Shown here: positions 26,701 to 39,200 of the stretch, in pieces
Numbering within the stretch: position 1 is the first letter of the stretch
Layout: every line of letters starts with the position of its first letter
NCBI RefSeq assembly: GCF_964204645.1
Contig: NC_134035.1
Coordinates: forward strand, 6,138,001-6,202,000
Length of the DNA stretch: 64,000 bases
Direction: 5' to 3'
DNA from: Tubulanus polymorphus
Lineage: Eukaryota > Animalia > Nemertea
The notes under the pieces: generated by a model
The model's database searches: none
What the model was told of the DNA's origin: nothing
What the model saw: the letters and a program-made list of their open reading frames with translations, nothing else
Position numbers and translations under genes: made by a program

Positions 26701-29700
26701 AAACAATGTCATTGCGTTTTTGCAAACTACCGCAAGTTGAACAACGACTAAATTTCAACAATTGATCATAACCATTTCGGCAGCCGTTATTCGACGCAAT
26801 ATTTCAGAAAATATCTCTGATGTTTGTGAACTTTGTTTTTGTTATTTAAGGCGCGAGTGCAAAGAGTTTACGTCGAGGGTCTTCAGCGCACAAAAGATGA
26901 CCTCGTCGCTAGAGAGGTGAAGGGTGTATTTTCGGCCAGTAGTTTCAGCGAGGTAAAAAACGAGTTCGACTTCAAAATTCACCGGGCTTAACTCGAATGT
27001 GAATCGTTTTTCTGCTATTTGAATTTTTTTTCAGGTAGTTGAAAAGGCGAATGAAGCTCGCTATAAACTTGAAAAATTGGGCATCTTTAAGAATATCAGT
27101 TTGACTATTGATACAAGTAAAGGTAGGTACTGTCAATAGCTGAAACCAGTCTCTGCTCCGGAGTAACTGCTCAGCATTCCAGTATCAGGCCACAACACAG
27201 GGGTGGGGGATTGTTATGGGTCCCTCTCCCGGAAGAATTCTCTCCTATGATTTTATTGCCACCCGATATCGGCCATCAGAAATAACATAATGCATCCTAT
27301 TATATCCATATGAGCTTCGTTGATCCGCGAGTAATAAGAGTAACATGAGAACCAATGTGGAACTGCGCGGGCGTGATGAGTACCGTGGTTCAATCCACCC
27401 GTGTGAAACTGCACATAGCACAACGAGAGCATTTATATAGGTTCTCGATTTCGATTTTTTTGGGGCAAAGGTGATAGGAGTAACATAAGACATTCTTACC
27501 ATAAAAAGGTCATAGTATTATCAATGTTTGACACATATCTTTCCCTGAAAGTGAAACTAGTGAATCAGTAATCAGTTAACTCGCCTCACTCGGACATGGC
27601 CAACTCGGACAAAAACAAAATCATTTTACTGACTTAGTAACATATTTTCCTATCCTTTACATGGGACCGATTTTTCCGGTCCCAGTTTTTCCGTATAGTG
27701 GTTAACTGTACAATGTCAATATATTGAACCGAACTGGTTTTTATTGTTGTGATGATTTCAGGAAGTGATGCCCGTGAAGATGGTTACGATGTTATATTCG
27801 AAGTGAATGAAAGCAGACGTATTACTGGTGGTATAAACACTCTTATTGGAAACAATGACGCTAGTCTGGTAAATGACTCTACATTCAGTCCTACAGTATT
27901 TCTGAAGTCGGCAATTTTCCTTATTATTCAAATGCAAATTTACTAAATATTTTGGGTGAAACCTTTTTAACCCAATTGGGATTTAAATGTGTTTGCTGCC
28001 CGTGATGAGACTTTGTCATTGTCGGTGTACTGGGCATTTTGCAGGGATCTCTTCATAATTGAGATAGCTTTGCGGGAAACCAGAAGAAATATCATTTATG
28101 GGGTACTTCAAGTTAGGGTCAAATCATATTTTATAGTTACATGTATTTCACAACATGCAATCTTTAAACTACATACCGCAAAATGAGATGAGATTTTAAA
28201 CAAATATGCAGCAGTCGTTAATGGCAAATGCAATTGCAGCATTATTCAACTGAATATGATCCATTAATGTGTAAGAAAATTATACAAATATTTTAGAATG
28301 AATAACTAACAATGTTGTGTCCTCCGTTTTTTTGTTTGTAGTTGTTCGCCCTGAAATTTCCGAATACGTTCGGACGAGCGGAACGCTTCAATATTGATTA
28401 TACTCACGGCACTAAACACAGCAGTGGATGTAACGTCAGTTTTATAAAACCATTCGAACTCAATCCAGATGCAAAGTAAGTTTGAACCCGAACCCGACAA
28501 CTCTTTTATCATAGACTTGGGCCCGGATCCCTGCTATGATATGAAATTGGGGAATTCAAAAAATTTGTAATTTTCTGTGTACTCAGCGCTGAAAATCAGT
28601 AGGCCTAAAAGCAAACCCGTGTTTATAGATACCAAAACAGGCCCGAATTCATCAATATGTAAATGTACCAAAAATGTACCAAAGGATTATGAAATTCATC
28701 AAGCTTCAGGCCTAAGCTTTACTGAAGTAGCCTTGCTGCGTTTACAGGCCTATTAGAATTATTTCGAACCGATTCACACTGTGTGTATCAATTGTTATAG
28801 TGTTTCAAGTATTTGTGATGTATTGAAAAATGTAAAATCTAACTTTTATCTGTTCAGACATACGTAAAGTAAAGTAAAGTTTGTAAAGTAAAGGTTGTAT
28901 GCTGTTTTTGATTGCTTATGCTGTACCTGATTTTACGTTCATGATTTTAAGTCTTATGTCTATTTCAACTTGACTTGGGAGGACATCGAATGGCCTCGCT
29001 CAGTCAGTTTTGGTGGTACATACCTGATATAGATCTTTAAAGGGCCAGAATGGGTTGGCAGTTGAACTAAAAGATTGATTTCTTTATTCAGCCTCTTTCA
29101 ATGAAGACGTCCTCTCAGGCCAAGTTGGAATGGACGTTAGCAATCAGTTATCGATGACTATATTGAATTACAAGGTGTTTATTTTCTCTATTTTCTTCGT
29201 AGGATATCAGCGAGTATTTATGAGTCGCACGGAGAGTATCCGTGGAGCGGTTTTAAAGAAACCGATCGAGGAATCAACTTCGATATCAGTGTAAATATAT
29301 CAATCGCATGGTACCGATAAATCCTCGACTGCAAGGGGAGGAATGTTAATTTGTTTTATTCCGTTTCAGTTTCCGTCAGCTCTTGGCTCGCACAATCTAA
29401 TGTGGGAGGGAGTTTGGAGAGAATTGAATCCGCTCGGTAAAACAACGGCGTTTGCGATCAGAGAACAATGCGGACATTCGCTGAAATCGTCGTTTAAACA
29501 TATATTCCAACGCGACGGTAGAGACAGTCGAATAATTCCAACTGACGGTTCATTATTACGATTGATACAGGTAAATAATAATCATCATACATCCTCCATC
29601 ATCCATCCATCCATCCTCCATCCATCCTCCATCTATCCTCCATACATCCTCCATACATCCTGTGTCTGTGTTAGAAATAAAAGAAGAAAAAGAATAGCTC

Positions 29701-32700
29701 TCACAAGGAGAACGAGTGCGATTAAAAACACTTGTGGTGGTACAGGGTTTACGGTCTTGGCAGGGGTAGTGAGGAAATGGATGTCCTGAAGGCTTCAGCA
29801 GAGGGTGGGAATGTGGCTTGGGCCGGGAGAGCATTCTACTGCACTATAGTTAAGGGGTAGAATGAGTATTGGTCACGGGTAGTGCGCACCTGCCTCAATC
29901 TTAATGGATGGCCTTGGCGTCGAAGGATGGGTTGCTCAATATAGGTTGGAAGTTGAACCGCTAGCGTGAGCCGTCTATTATGTTGATGACTTATCCAAAT
30001 GACGACTTACGCTTATCAAACTGTATTGGAAATACAGTAGTAAAATACAAATTTGGATTAAAAAATATTGACGACTTAAATGACTTTGTAGTTTTACAAT
30101 CAGGAGGTGCGCGATACTAATTGTCAAATTCATCAGAAATAATGACTATTGATGAAACGGTCTTGTAATGATAATATAGAAAATCCCACACTCTGAGTTA
30201 TCTTCAGGGTTACTGCATTCCTGAAGATGACTATTAGATTATAGACTATGAGATTATAGTCAGTCGAAATGTCGAAAATTTATCAACAAAAGAAAATTTT
30301 TTGGCACTTGTTTTTCTTTTCTGAGTGCGGAATTTTCTCCATCATTAAAAATAAGATTGGTGATGGCCATTTTGAAGTTATTTAGAATACCAATGTGTAT
30401 ATGACTGTGGACTTCACCCGGAGGTATTTCACTTCGTAATTTCCATGGCAAAATGTGTCCTTGAAATCTACTGAATTTTTTTAGTACAAACCTATAGCTT
30501 TTACTGTATGAGATTGTACTTAAAGCATATGAATATCTCAGCAGGAAATATAGATCAACGTTTTGCTAAATGAATGGAATTTACGCAAGTTTTTAATTTG
30601 AGCTTTTGTTGTATTTCGCTTTCATATTTATTCCTTTAAGTAATAACACACTGTGGGGGGTAAGGTATATTCTTCTGTTCCAAGTATTACTTTTGCACTA
30701 CATTCCATTGATTTTTTCGAGGAATCGAGTAAAAAGTTATTTTGCTTCGAATAGAATAATAGTCGATATGGTTCAGTTCAGTCAATTGGAAAGGTTTCGC
30801 TCATTTATAGATAATTTGATCATAAATTTCATTAAAGTACAATTTATCGTAGGGTTGAAAGCTGGTGAAAATATGCTTTACTTTTTGATCGGCGGAAGAA
30901 CTGATTTAAATCGAATCCTTTCAATTCGTGATTTTCAATTTTGTACCACCTGCATAGATATTGGGATATACTGGAGTCTGCTCCAGCCCCACCTAGGTTT
31001 TTCTTTTGTGTTGAAGGATTCTTTTGGTATGGGTATATGGTAGCGCATCCGCAGTTTGTTTCGAGATCGCATCCAAGATGGCTGACTGTTAGCCATCTGG
31101 GATCTTATCCCAAGAACTCCGAGGCATCTTGTCATATTTTTATACAATTCAGAGTATTTTTGTTTAATTGTGAATTTTTGGGGTTTTTTTGGGAGTAGAA
31201 AGTCTTGTTGCAGAGAAATGGTTTTTTGCCTTTTCAGTTTTCAAGACTGTTGAATTGAAAAAAGCAAAAAATCAGAATAATTGATGTCTTCAGCCACAAT
31301 AACTTATTCATTATGTGATCATCAGCTTATCTAATGGGATTTAAATGTTGAAAGTATCAAAAGAAGATCAAATGTTGAATTAGATTAATTTAATTAAACT
31401 CAAGTTTCAAAGGATTTCATGATAAAATCCTTTTAGAATGGTGACCATCTTGAAGATGGTGGCCATATTGGAGATTATTTAGTTGACACCATATCTGATT
31501 TTTTCAGCTGGTCAATCTCTATCATACCTGAAATTTTCAGGCTTGTTGCTAAAATGGCACAATTTTTTCACCAAACTGCCTGACTACAAGTAAATAATTT
31601 TACGATATGTATTGATTTATTCAGGAGTATGCCGGTTTGGGAGGAGATGTACAGTTTATCAAACATGAAGTTGAATGTCAATTTAATAAATCAATCAACG
31701 ACACGGTTAGTATGATTTATTACCTCTGAGTTAAACAATTATCATGGAAGTTAAACAGTTATCTCAAGTAAAACAGCTATCTCAAGAGGGAAACGGTTAT
31801 CTCAGAGTTAAACAGTTACGTATCTCAGAGTTAAACAGTTATCTCTGAGTTAAACGGTTATCTCTGAGTAATCTCTTTGTTTTAACAGTTATCTCAAGAG
31901 TTAAAAAGTTACCTCTGAGTTAAACAGTTATCTCTAGAGTTAAACAGTTATCTCTGAGTTAAACGGATATCTCTGAGTTAAACGGATATCTCGGAGTTAA
32001 ACGGTTATCTCTTGAGTTAAACAGTTATCTCTGAGTTAAACGGTTATCTCTGAGTTAAACTATAATATCAAGATTTAAACGATTATCTCCAAGTTATCTT
32101 TTTGTTTAAGCGGCTATCTCTGAGTTAACCCTTTCAGCGCTGACTAACTGATACCCTATAGTGCTGGAGATAATTTGAAATTTTTGATAAATTCCACACT
32201 AACGTGTTGAAGAGCGGGAATACTGCTATAGTGCATATACACCGTGGTGCGGTGACAGGTGCTGCCATTTTTCAATAGAGATAAAAACTAATTACTAATT
32301 ACATCAATACACTGCATTGCGGTGTACTAGCGGTGTACTAGCAAAATCCATCACCGATTTACACAGCGCACTGCCGTGTAGACGCACTGAAAGGGGTAAG
32401 CAATTATCTCTAGAGTTAAACATTTATCTCTGAGTTAAACGGTTGTCTCGATAGATTTTTGGCATCAAGGACGGCCAAAAAATCTGGATTAAATTATTTG
32501 ACTTTTAGTCAAAACAGATCCAAATAGAATATTATAAGTGTTATCATGATCGATTGATATTCTATATTATTCATGATTACATTCAACGTCCCATTTGGTT
32601 TAGGTATGATATCCCCCTTTTTTTCTCTTAAAAAAAAAAAGAAAAAAGCTTTAAACTGTAATCATGTTTGCATCACCACCGATTCCCAATCGGTGTTTAC

Positions 32701-35700
32701 TTAAGACTTTTTTAGTTCTTACTAACCAACGTAATCTCTTTTGTATTTACTCCCACTAGTTTTTTTCTCTAATTGTTTAGTTTTTTCTCCTATTTCATTT
32801 TATTTTCTTTTATTTATTTTCTTTTACTTTCTTATTTATTCGTTTTTCTATTTCATCTAGAATTTGCCTCAGCCGTGAACCTGTTTACTTCTTTGTTTGC
32901 TTATACTTATAGTTGAATTCTATTAGTTATCAAACAAACTTGCCTGTGCTACCACCCTTAATTTTAGTGGATTTAAAGATAAATTGCTCTAATTGAAGCC
33001 TAAATTCATAATTTTCAATGTTCACTTAGACCTGCAATAATGTGTTTAAAAAATGTTCTAAACAAGCGGATTACAGATATAGAGTCTTCTAGAAGCTACA
33101 ATCTTAACAACTTGATAGACGATGGACACCAAATAATAGATTCCACCTGTCCATACATAGATATTGATGAAATTGGCTCAACTTTTAACAACGAATCCAA
33201 ACTTAATGTTATTCAATACAACATTCACAGTGTCTATGATAAATTAGACGATTTAAAGATTCTTATTCAGAGTTGTAAAGATCAAAATTTCAATATTGAT
33301 ATAATACTTTTGTGTGAAACCTTTATTACGGACAAAGTGGTATCGTTGTGTGAAATTCCTGGCTACGTTATGGTAGAAAAACATAGACAATCCAAAACTC
33401 GCGTATGTAGGTCTGGTGGCGTATGTATCTATATCAACCAGAATATTTCCTATAATGTTAGGGACGATATTAGTATATTTAAAGAAGCTTATTTCGAGAG
33501 CTGCTTCATTGAGATTAACTGCCAAAATTCAAAGAATTTAATAATTGGTGAAATATATCGTGTGCCAGGCACTAGTGAAAAAACATTTCTAGAAGATTAT
33601 TCATTGTTACTAGATAAAATCTCTACTGAGAATAAATCAATATTAATAGGCATGGATCAGAATTTAGATTTTATTAACATTAACAAACATTATAACACTA
33701 ATAAATTTTGAATATGAATCACGGTCTTTTGCCAACAATAATAAAACCAACAAGAGTAACACCCACAACTGCAACCTTAATTGACAACATATATATTAGT
33801 CAAGACATCATGCCTGTTAAATCTGCCATAGGCCTTTCCTATCTATCAGATCATTTCCCATGTTTTTTATCTATCACTAAAGCTACTTGTAAAAATATGG
33901 AGTTAGGCAATATATACCATAGCAATTTCAACGAAGATAATGTTAACCTGATACGCCAAAGGCTTAGTCAGATTGATTGGAATAACCTTCATACTATGAA
34001 CTCTGAAAGCGCGTATAATTCATTTATCGATAGATTACACCATACCATTAATGAAATTTCACCCAAACAATTAAAAAAGACAAGAAAAATCAAAATTACC
34101 GAACCATGGATGACTAGAGGGTTATATAGATGTTCCAAAAAGTGTGATAGATTGTATAGAGCTTCTATAGGACTTGATAAAACCTCTATTAAATATCAGA
34201 ACTATGTTTTTTACCGAAATAAATATAATCAGATAAAACGTGCTGCTAAAAAATCCTACTATGCAAAACAAATTGAGTCATTTAAATGTGACAGCAGGAA
34301 ACTTTGGAATATCCTAAAATCATCAATGGGCAAATTCAATGATAAAAGTTCAATAACTAGTGATTCTATTATTTTCCAGGGGAAAACAGCTACTGACAAC
34401 GCTCATATAGCTAATTCCTTTAATACTTTCTTTAGTACAGTGGGTAAAAATTATGCAGACAAAATACCGCCTCCAAACAAATCCTTTGAATCATATTTAG
34501 GGACTCGTAATCAAAATTCCATTTTTTTAACACCAACAACAGCTGACGAAGTACTTAAACATATCAATTCACTTTCAAATAAATATAGTTCGGGTCACGA
34601 TGAGATAAGTAATAACTTGCTAAAACGTATTTCTATGGAAATTAGCCAACCCCTAACTATTGTATTCAATAAATCTATAATTGAAGGTCACTTTCCAGAC
34701 CAGATGAAAGTAGCTAAAGTAGTTCCATTACATAAGGGAGGTGACAAAACTCATATAACGAATTATAGGCCAATATCATTATTGCCAACGATATCTAAGA
34801 TTTTAGAAAAGATCATCCATGACAGACTTTACAATTTTCTCACTAAATACAATCTTTTATATTTAAGTCAATACAGATTTCGACACTCTTATTCAACTTG
34901 CCACGCAATAATGGAATTTCTGGGAAATTGTATCAAAGGATTAGATAACAAAGACAAAATCATTGGACTGTTTCTGGATTTATCGAAGGCATTCGATTCG
35001 TTGAATATAGACATTTTACTGTACAAACTTCAATATTACGGGATTCGTGGGGTCGCTTTTGACTGGTTCAAATCTTATTTGAAAAACCGCAAAATGTTTG
35101 TCATTTATAACAATACTTGTTCTGAAATCGATTCCATAGAATATGGAGTTCCTCAAGGTTCCGTCCTAGGACCACTTTTGTTTTTGATATATTCAAATGA
35201 TATTTGTCAAAATCTAAAATTTTGTAAGGGAATCCTTTTTGCCGACGACACAACACTTAGTATAACCGGAAAAAATTCGGATACTATCTCAACCCTTATG
35301 AAGAATGACTCCATAATAGTCACCGATTGGTTCAAGGCGAATAAATTGACCTTAAATATTGCAAAAACGGCCGGACTTTTTATTACACCCAAAGGTACAA
35401 ATGAAGACGATCCCTTACTAACTTTTGGTAACACCAACATTGCTTTTTTTCGCTCACATAAATTTTTAGGTCTCATTGTTGATAATAAATTCACATTTGA
35501 CGAACACATCAAAGCATTATGCTCTAAACTGAATAAGAATATTTTTTTACTGAGAAGTGTTAAAAAATTTATTGCCGAATTGGTGTAAACGTCTTCTTTA
35601 TTTCAGCTATATAAATACACACCTAACCTATTGCCTTTCCTTATGGGGACCACTTATATCCAAAAAACATTAGAAAACAATTAATAAACTGCAAAAGAAA

Positions 35701-36230
35701 GCTATCCGAGCATTAGATGGTGCCAAATTTAATACACCTACATCTCCCATTTTCCAGAAATATAGAATACTAAAATTCGAAGATATGATCACCTTAGAAC
35801 TTCTCAAACTGGTCCACGGAGTAATTAACACTGCTCTTCCACAGCCGATAATGAATTTATTTGATCAAAATTCATTTAATCATCAATACAATACTAGATC
35901 ACGGAATTTTCCCAGAATACAATTACATAAATCCCATATACTAAATTCATCTTTTCTTTGCAAAGCACCGTCATTGTGGCAGGCTCAATCGCACGTTATA
36001 AAATCCGCCCCATCAATTATTTCATTGAAAAGCAGGTTTAAAAAGCAAACATTTAGTACATATTGATCATAACGAAATACATTCCAGCATAAGGAATTGT
36101 TTTTTTCGATTCATCTATCTTCCATCTACTCAAATGACAATAAGAGGCTTTTTTACAGTAAATTATAATTATAATTACGGTTGTAATTATTATGATGATA
36201 ATTATAATTACTATTATTTTCATTATGATT

Positions 36231-36262
<32 letters not shown>

Positions 36263-39200
36263 ATTATTATTATTAACATTAGCATTATTATTATTATTAT
36301 TATTAGCATTACTATTGTTATCATTACCATCAATCTTCTTTTTTTCTCTAGGGGGCCTGAACATCCTAGTGATTGTACAGCCTCTAAGGCTCTGTTCAGG
36401 TCCCTCATCATCAATCTACTTATTTGTTATACATTTTATTTGTAATTATAATTGGTGATGAAATAAATTACATTACATTACATAGAGTTGAATGGTTATC
36501 TCTATAGAGTTAAATGGTTATCTCTGAGTTAAAGGATTACTTCTGGGTTAAACCGTTAATCTCCAGGGTTGAGCGGTTATCTCCGAGTTAAACGGTTATC
36601 TCTAGAGTTAAATGGTTATTTTCTAGTTAACCCTTTCAGTGAGTCTACACCGCAGTGCGGTGTATGAATCGGTAATGGATTTTGCTAGTTCACCGCAATG
36701 CGGTGTATTGATGTAATTAGTTTTTAGCTTTTATCTCTATACAAAGATGACAGCACACGTCAAACATAGTGAAATATTAGTACCTAACGATACACTGCGC
36801 CGCGGTGTAGACGCATTATAGTGCTATTCCCATTATTCAACACACTAGGGTGGAATTTTCCAAAATTACGTATCTCGGAGTTAAACATTTCTGAGTTTAA
36901 TGGTTATCTTTGAGTTAAAGGATTATTTCTGGGTTAAACGGTTAATCTCCAGGGTTGAGCAGTTATCTCCGAGTTAAACGGTTATCTCTAGAGTTAAATG
37001 GTTATTTTTTAGTTAAACGGTTATGTATATCAGAGTTAAACATTTCTGAGTTTAATGGTTATCTCTGAGTTAAACGGTTATCTCAGATTTGAACAGAACC
37101 TATACATGTATTTTGTAACTAGTTTCTGTTTTGTATCAATTTCAGACATTCCAACTGTCACTTGCTGGTGGAATGATGAAATCATTAAACCCGGAGAAAC
37201 AAACTCTTGTAAATGACCGATTTTTCCTCGGTGGACCAATGACGTTACGTGGATTTAATGTGAAGGGTGTCGGTCCACACTGCGACGGTAAGATATTGAT
37301 ATTCACATCTAGATGCCTTTTGAAGCCACGGGCACCATGTAGTTGGATATTTTAAACTTGATATCAAAACCCACAGTCCACAGCTCTGAGAATGATTGGA
37401 TAAGAATTACAGTGGAACCTCGTTCTAACGAACCGCTGGGGGAAAATAAAAAGTTCCTAATATCGGATAGTTCGTTAGATCCATTTCACATCATTGATGT
37501 ATGAAAAGAGAACACCCCTGGTTTGAAATACAAACCAACTGGATTCGTTGGAGTAGGCATACGTTTTAGTATAAATACTGACAGCTAATAAATCGCTTAT
37601 TGACAACTGTAAACTTTGAAATAAAATATAAATTTAAACCAAATTCAGATATGCTCCTGTTAACTTTGAGTGGCAAATACATGTGTTGGACACATGAGTC
37701 CCTCCCTGGGGATGCGATGGAACGAGATCAAGGAAATGAATGTAATAACGCTATGCCGGTAAAAACGTCAAAACAATTTTAAAACTTCAGAGCGTTTAGT
37801 CCCTTTTTCAATTTACAGATGGTCTCAATCGTTTTGCGAAGTACGTTTTCATTGTCACTGTAAACAGGCTGAAACAATGACCGACTACCGTAGTACAAAT
37901 TGTAGAAGCCGGTGACACATCATTAATCTGTATCACTAATCTAAGATAAATAAAGCAGCACTGTCTCTCGGTTTGAAACTGACAATAGATAAACAAGTGT
38001 GATTGATCGTGGCTTAGCGAATGTTAGAACCAATGAAAATATGTAATAAGACTCCAATGTACGGAAGAGCAATGCGGCCAACAACATTTTATTTTCAGTT
38101 TAAAAAGTCGACTTTTCGAGTTAGTAAGTCGACTTTTCGAGTTTAAAAAGTCGACCTTTCGACTTTAAAAAGTCAACTTTTCGAGTTAATAAGTCGACTT
38201 TTCGAGTTAGTCGACTTTTTGACTTTAAAAAGTCGACTTTTCGAGTTAAATAGTCGACTTTTCAACTTTAAAAAGTCAACTTTTCGAGTTAATAAGTCGA
38301 CTTTTCGAGTTAGTCGACTTTTTGACTTTAAAAAGTCGACTTTTCGAGTTAAATAGTCGACTTTTCAACTTTAAAAAGTCAACTTTTCGAGTTAGTAAGT
38401 CGACTTTTCGACTTAGTAAGTCGACTTTTCGAGTTTAAAAAGTCGACCTTTCGACTTTAAAAAGTCGACTTTTTGAGTTAATAAGTCGACTTTTCGAGTT
38501 AGTTAGTCGACTTTTTGACTTTAAAAAGTCGACTTTTCGAGTTAAATAGTCGACTTTTCGACTTAGTAAGTCGACTTTTCGACTTTAAAAAGTCGACTTT
38601 TCGAGTAAGTAAGTCGACTTTTCGAGTTATTAAGTTGACTTTTCGACTTTAAAAAGTCGACTTTTCGACTATCACTTTTTGGGACTCGTACAAAACCGTC
38701 GCGAGTCCTTATCACGACGGAATTATGTCGAAAAACGAGATATATAGCGATTTATCGACATAATTAAGTTGATACATCGCGTTAATGTCGTCTTATCGCA
38801 AAAACTTATCACGGTAAATCGTGATACGGATCACGACTTTAACTTATGTCGATGTACTGTATCTCGACATGACCGTACCATCGACATAATTATCACGAGT
38901 TAACCTTAAAATGCATGTCAATTTATTGAGACAATATCGCAAAAAGTCGACATCAATATCACGACATTGTAAAATTGATGAAGTATACTTATTCATATTG
39001 ATATATAGAGATTGCTGACCTAATTCCGGTTGATAGAACACTGAGGGATACCTCATCGAATTACAAGATACAGGGGGGTCTAAGGGCATTAAGGGCGTTC
39101 TCCCTTATTCCTACATTTAATTTCAAGCTAGTGTAATTTTTCAGCCCTTCATAGGCAAATACAAATGGTTACATTACATATTCAATTCAATTTTCCAGAT

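Larger units (their letters stand above)
31721..37090. repeat. ~19-bp minisatellite (GAGTTAAACGGTTATCTCT)n, interrupted by the LINE and two piggyBac-type MITEs
   Basis: Units visible at about 31721-32128, 32396-32450, 36483-36630 and 36868-37090. Confidence 0.9.

Noticed and set aside
30420-31300. 145-aa ORF and neighbours in SAMM50 intron 8
   Set aside because: Low-information hydrophobic translation with a TTG start and no domain. Probably decayed TE.
33040-36066. RT ORFs as a domesticated gene or novel RT system
   Set aside because: Two frameshifts, a nonsense codon, a tandem-repeat tail and a candidate TSD indicate a dead LINE copy.
36053-36458. Poly-Ile/Asn/Tyr ORFs of 88-103 aa
   Set aside because: Translations of the (ATT)n microsatellite in the LINE 3'UTR.
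38105-38670. Palindromic short-repeat array resembling CRISPR
   Set aside because: No unique spacers, no cas genes, eukaryotic context. It is the internal array of a TIR element.
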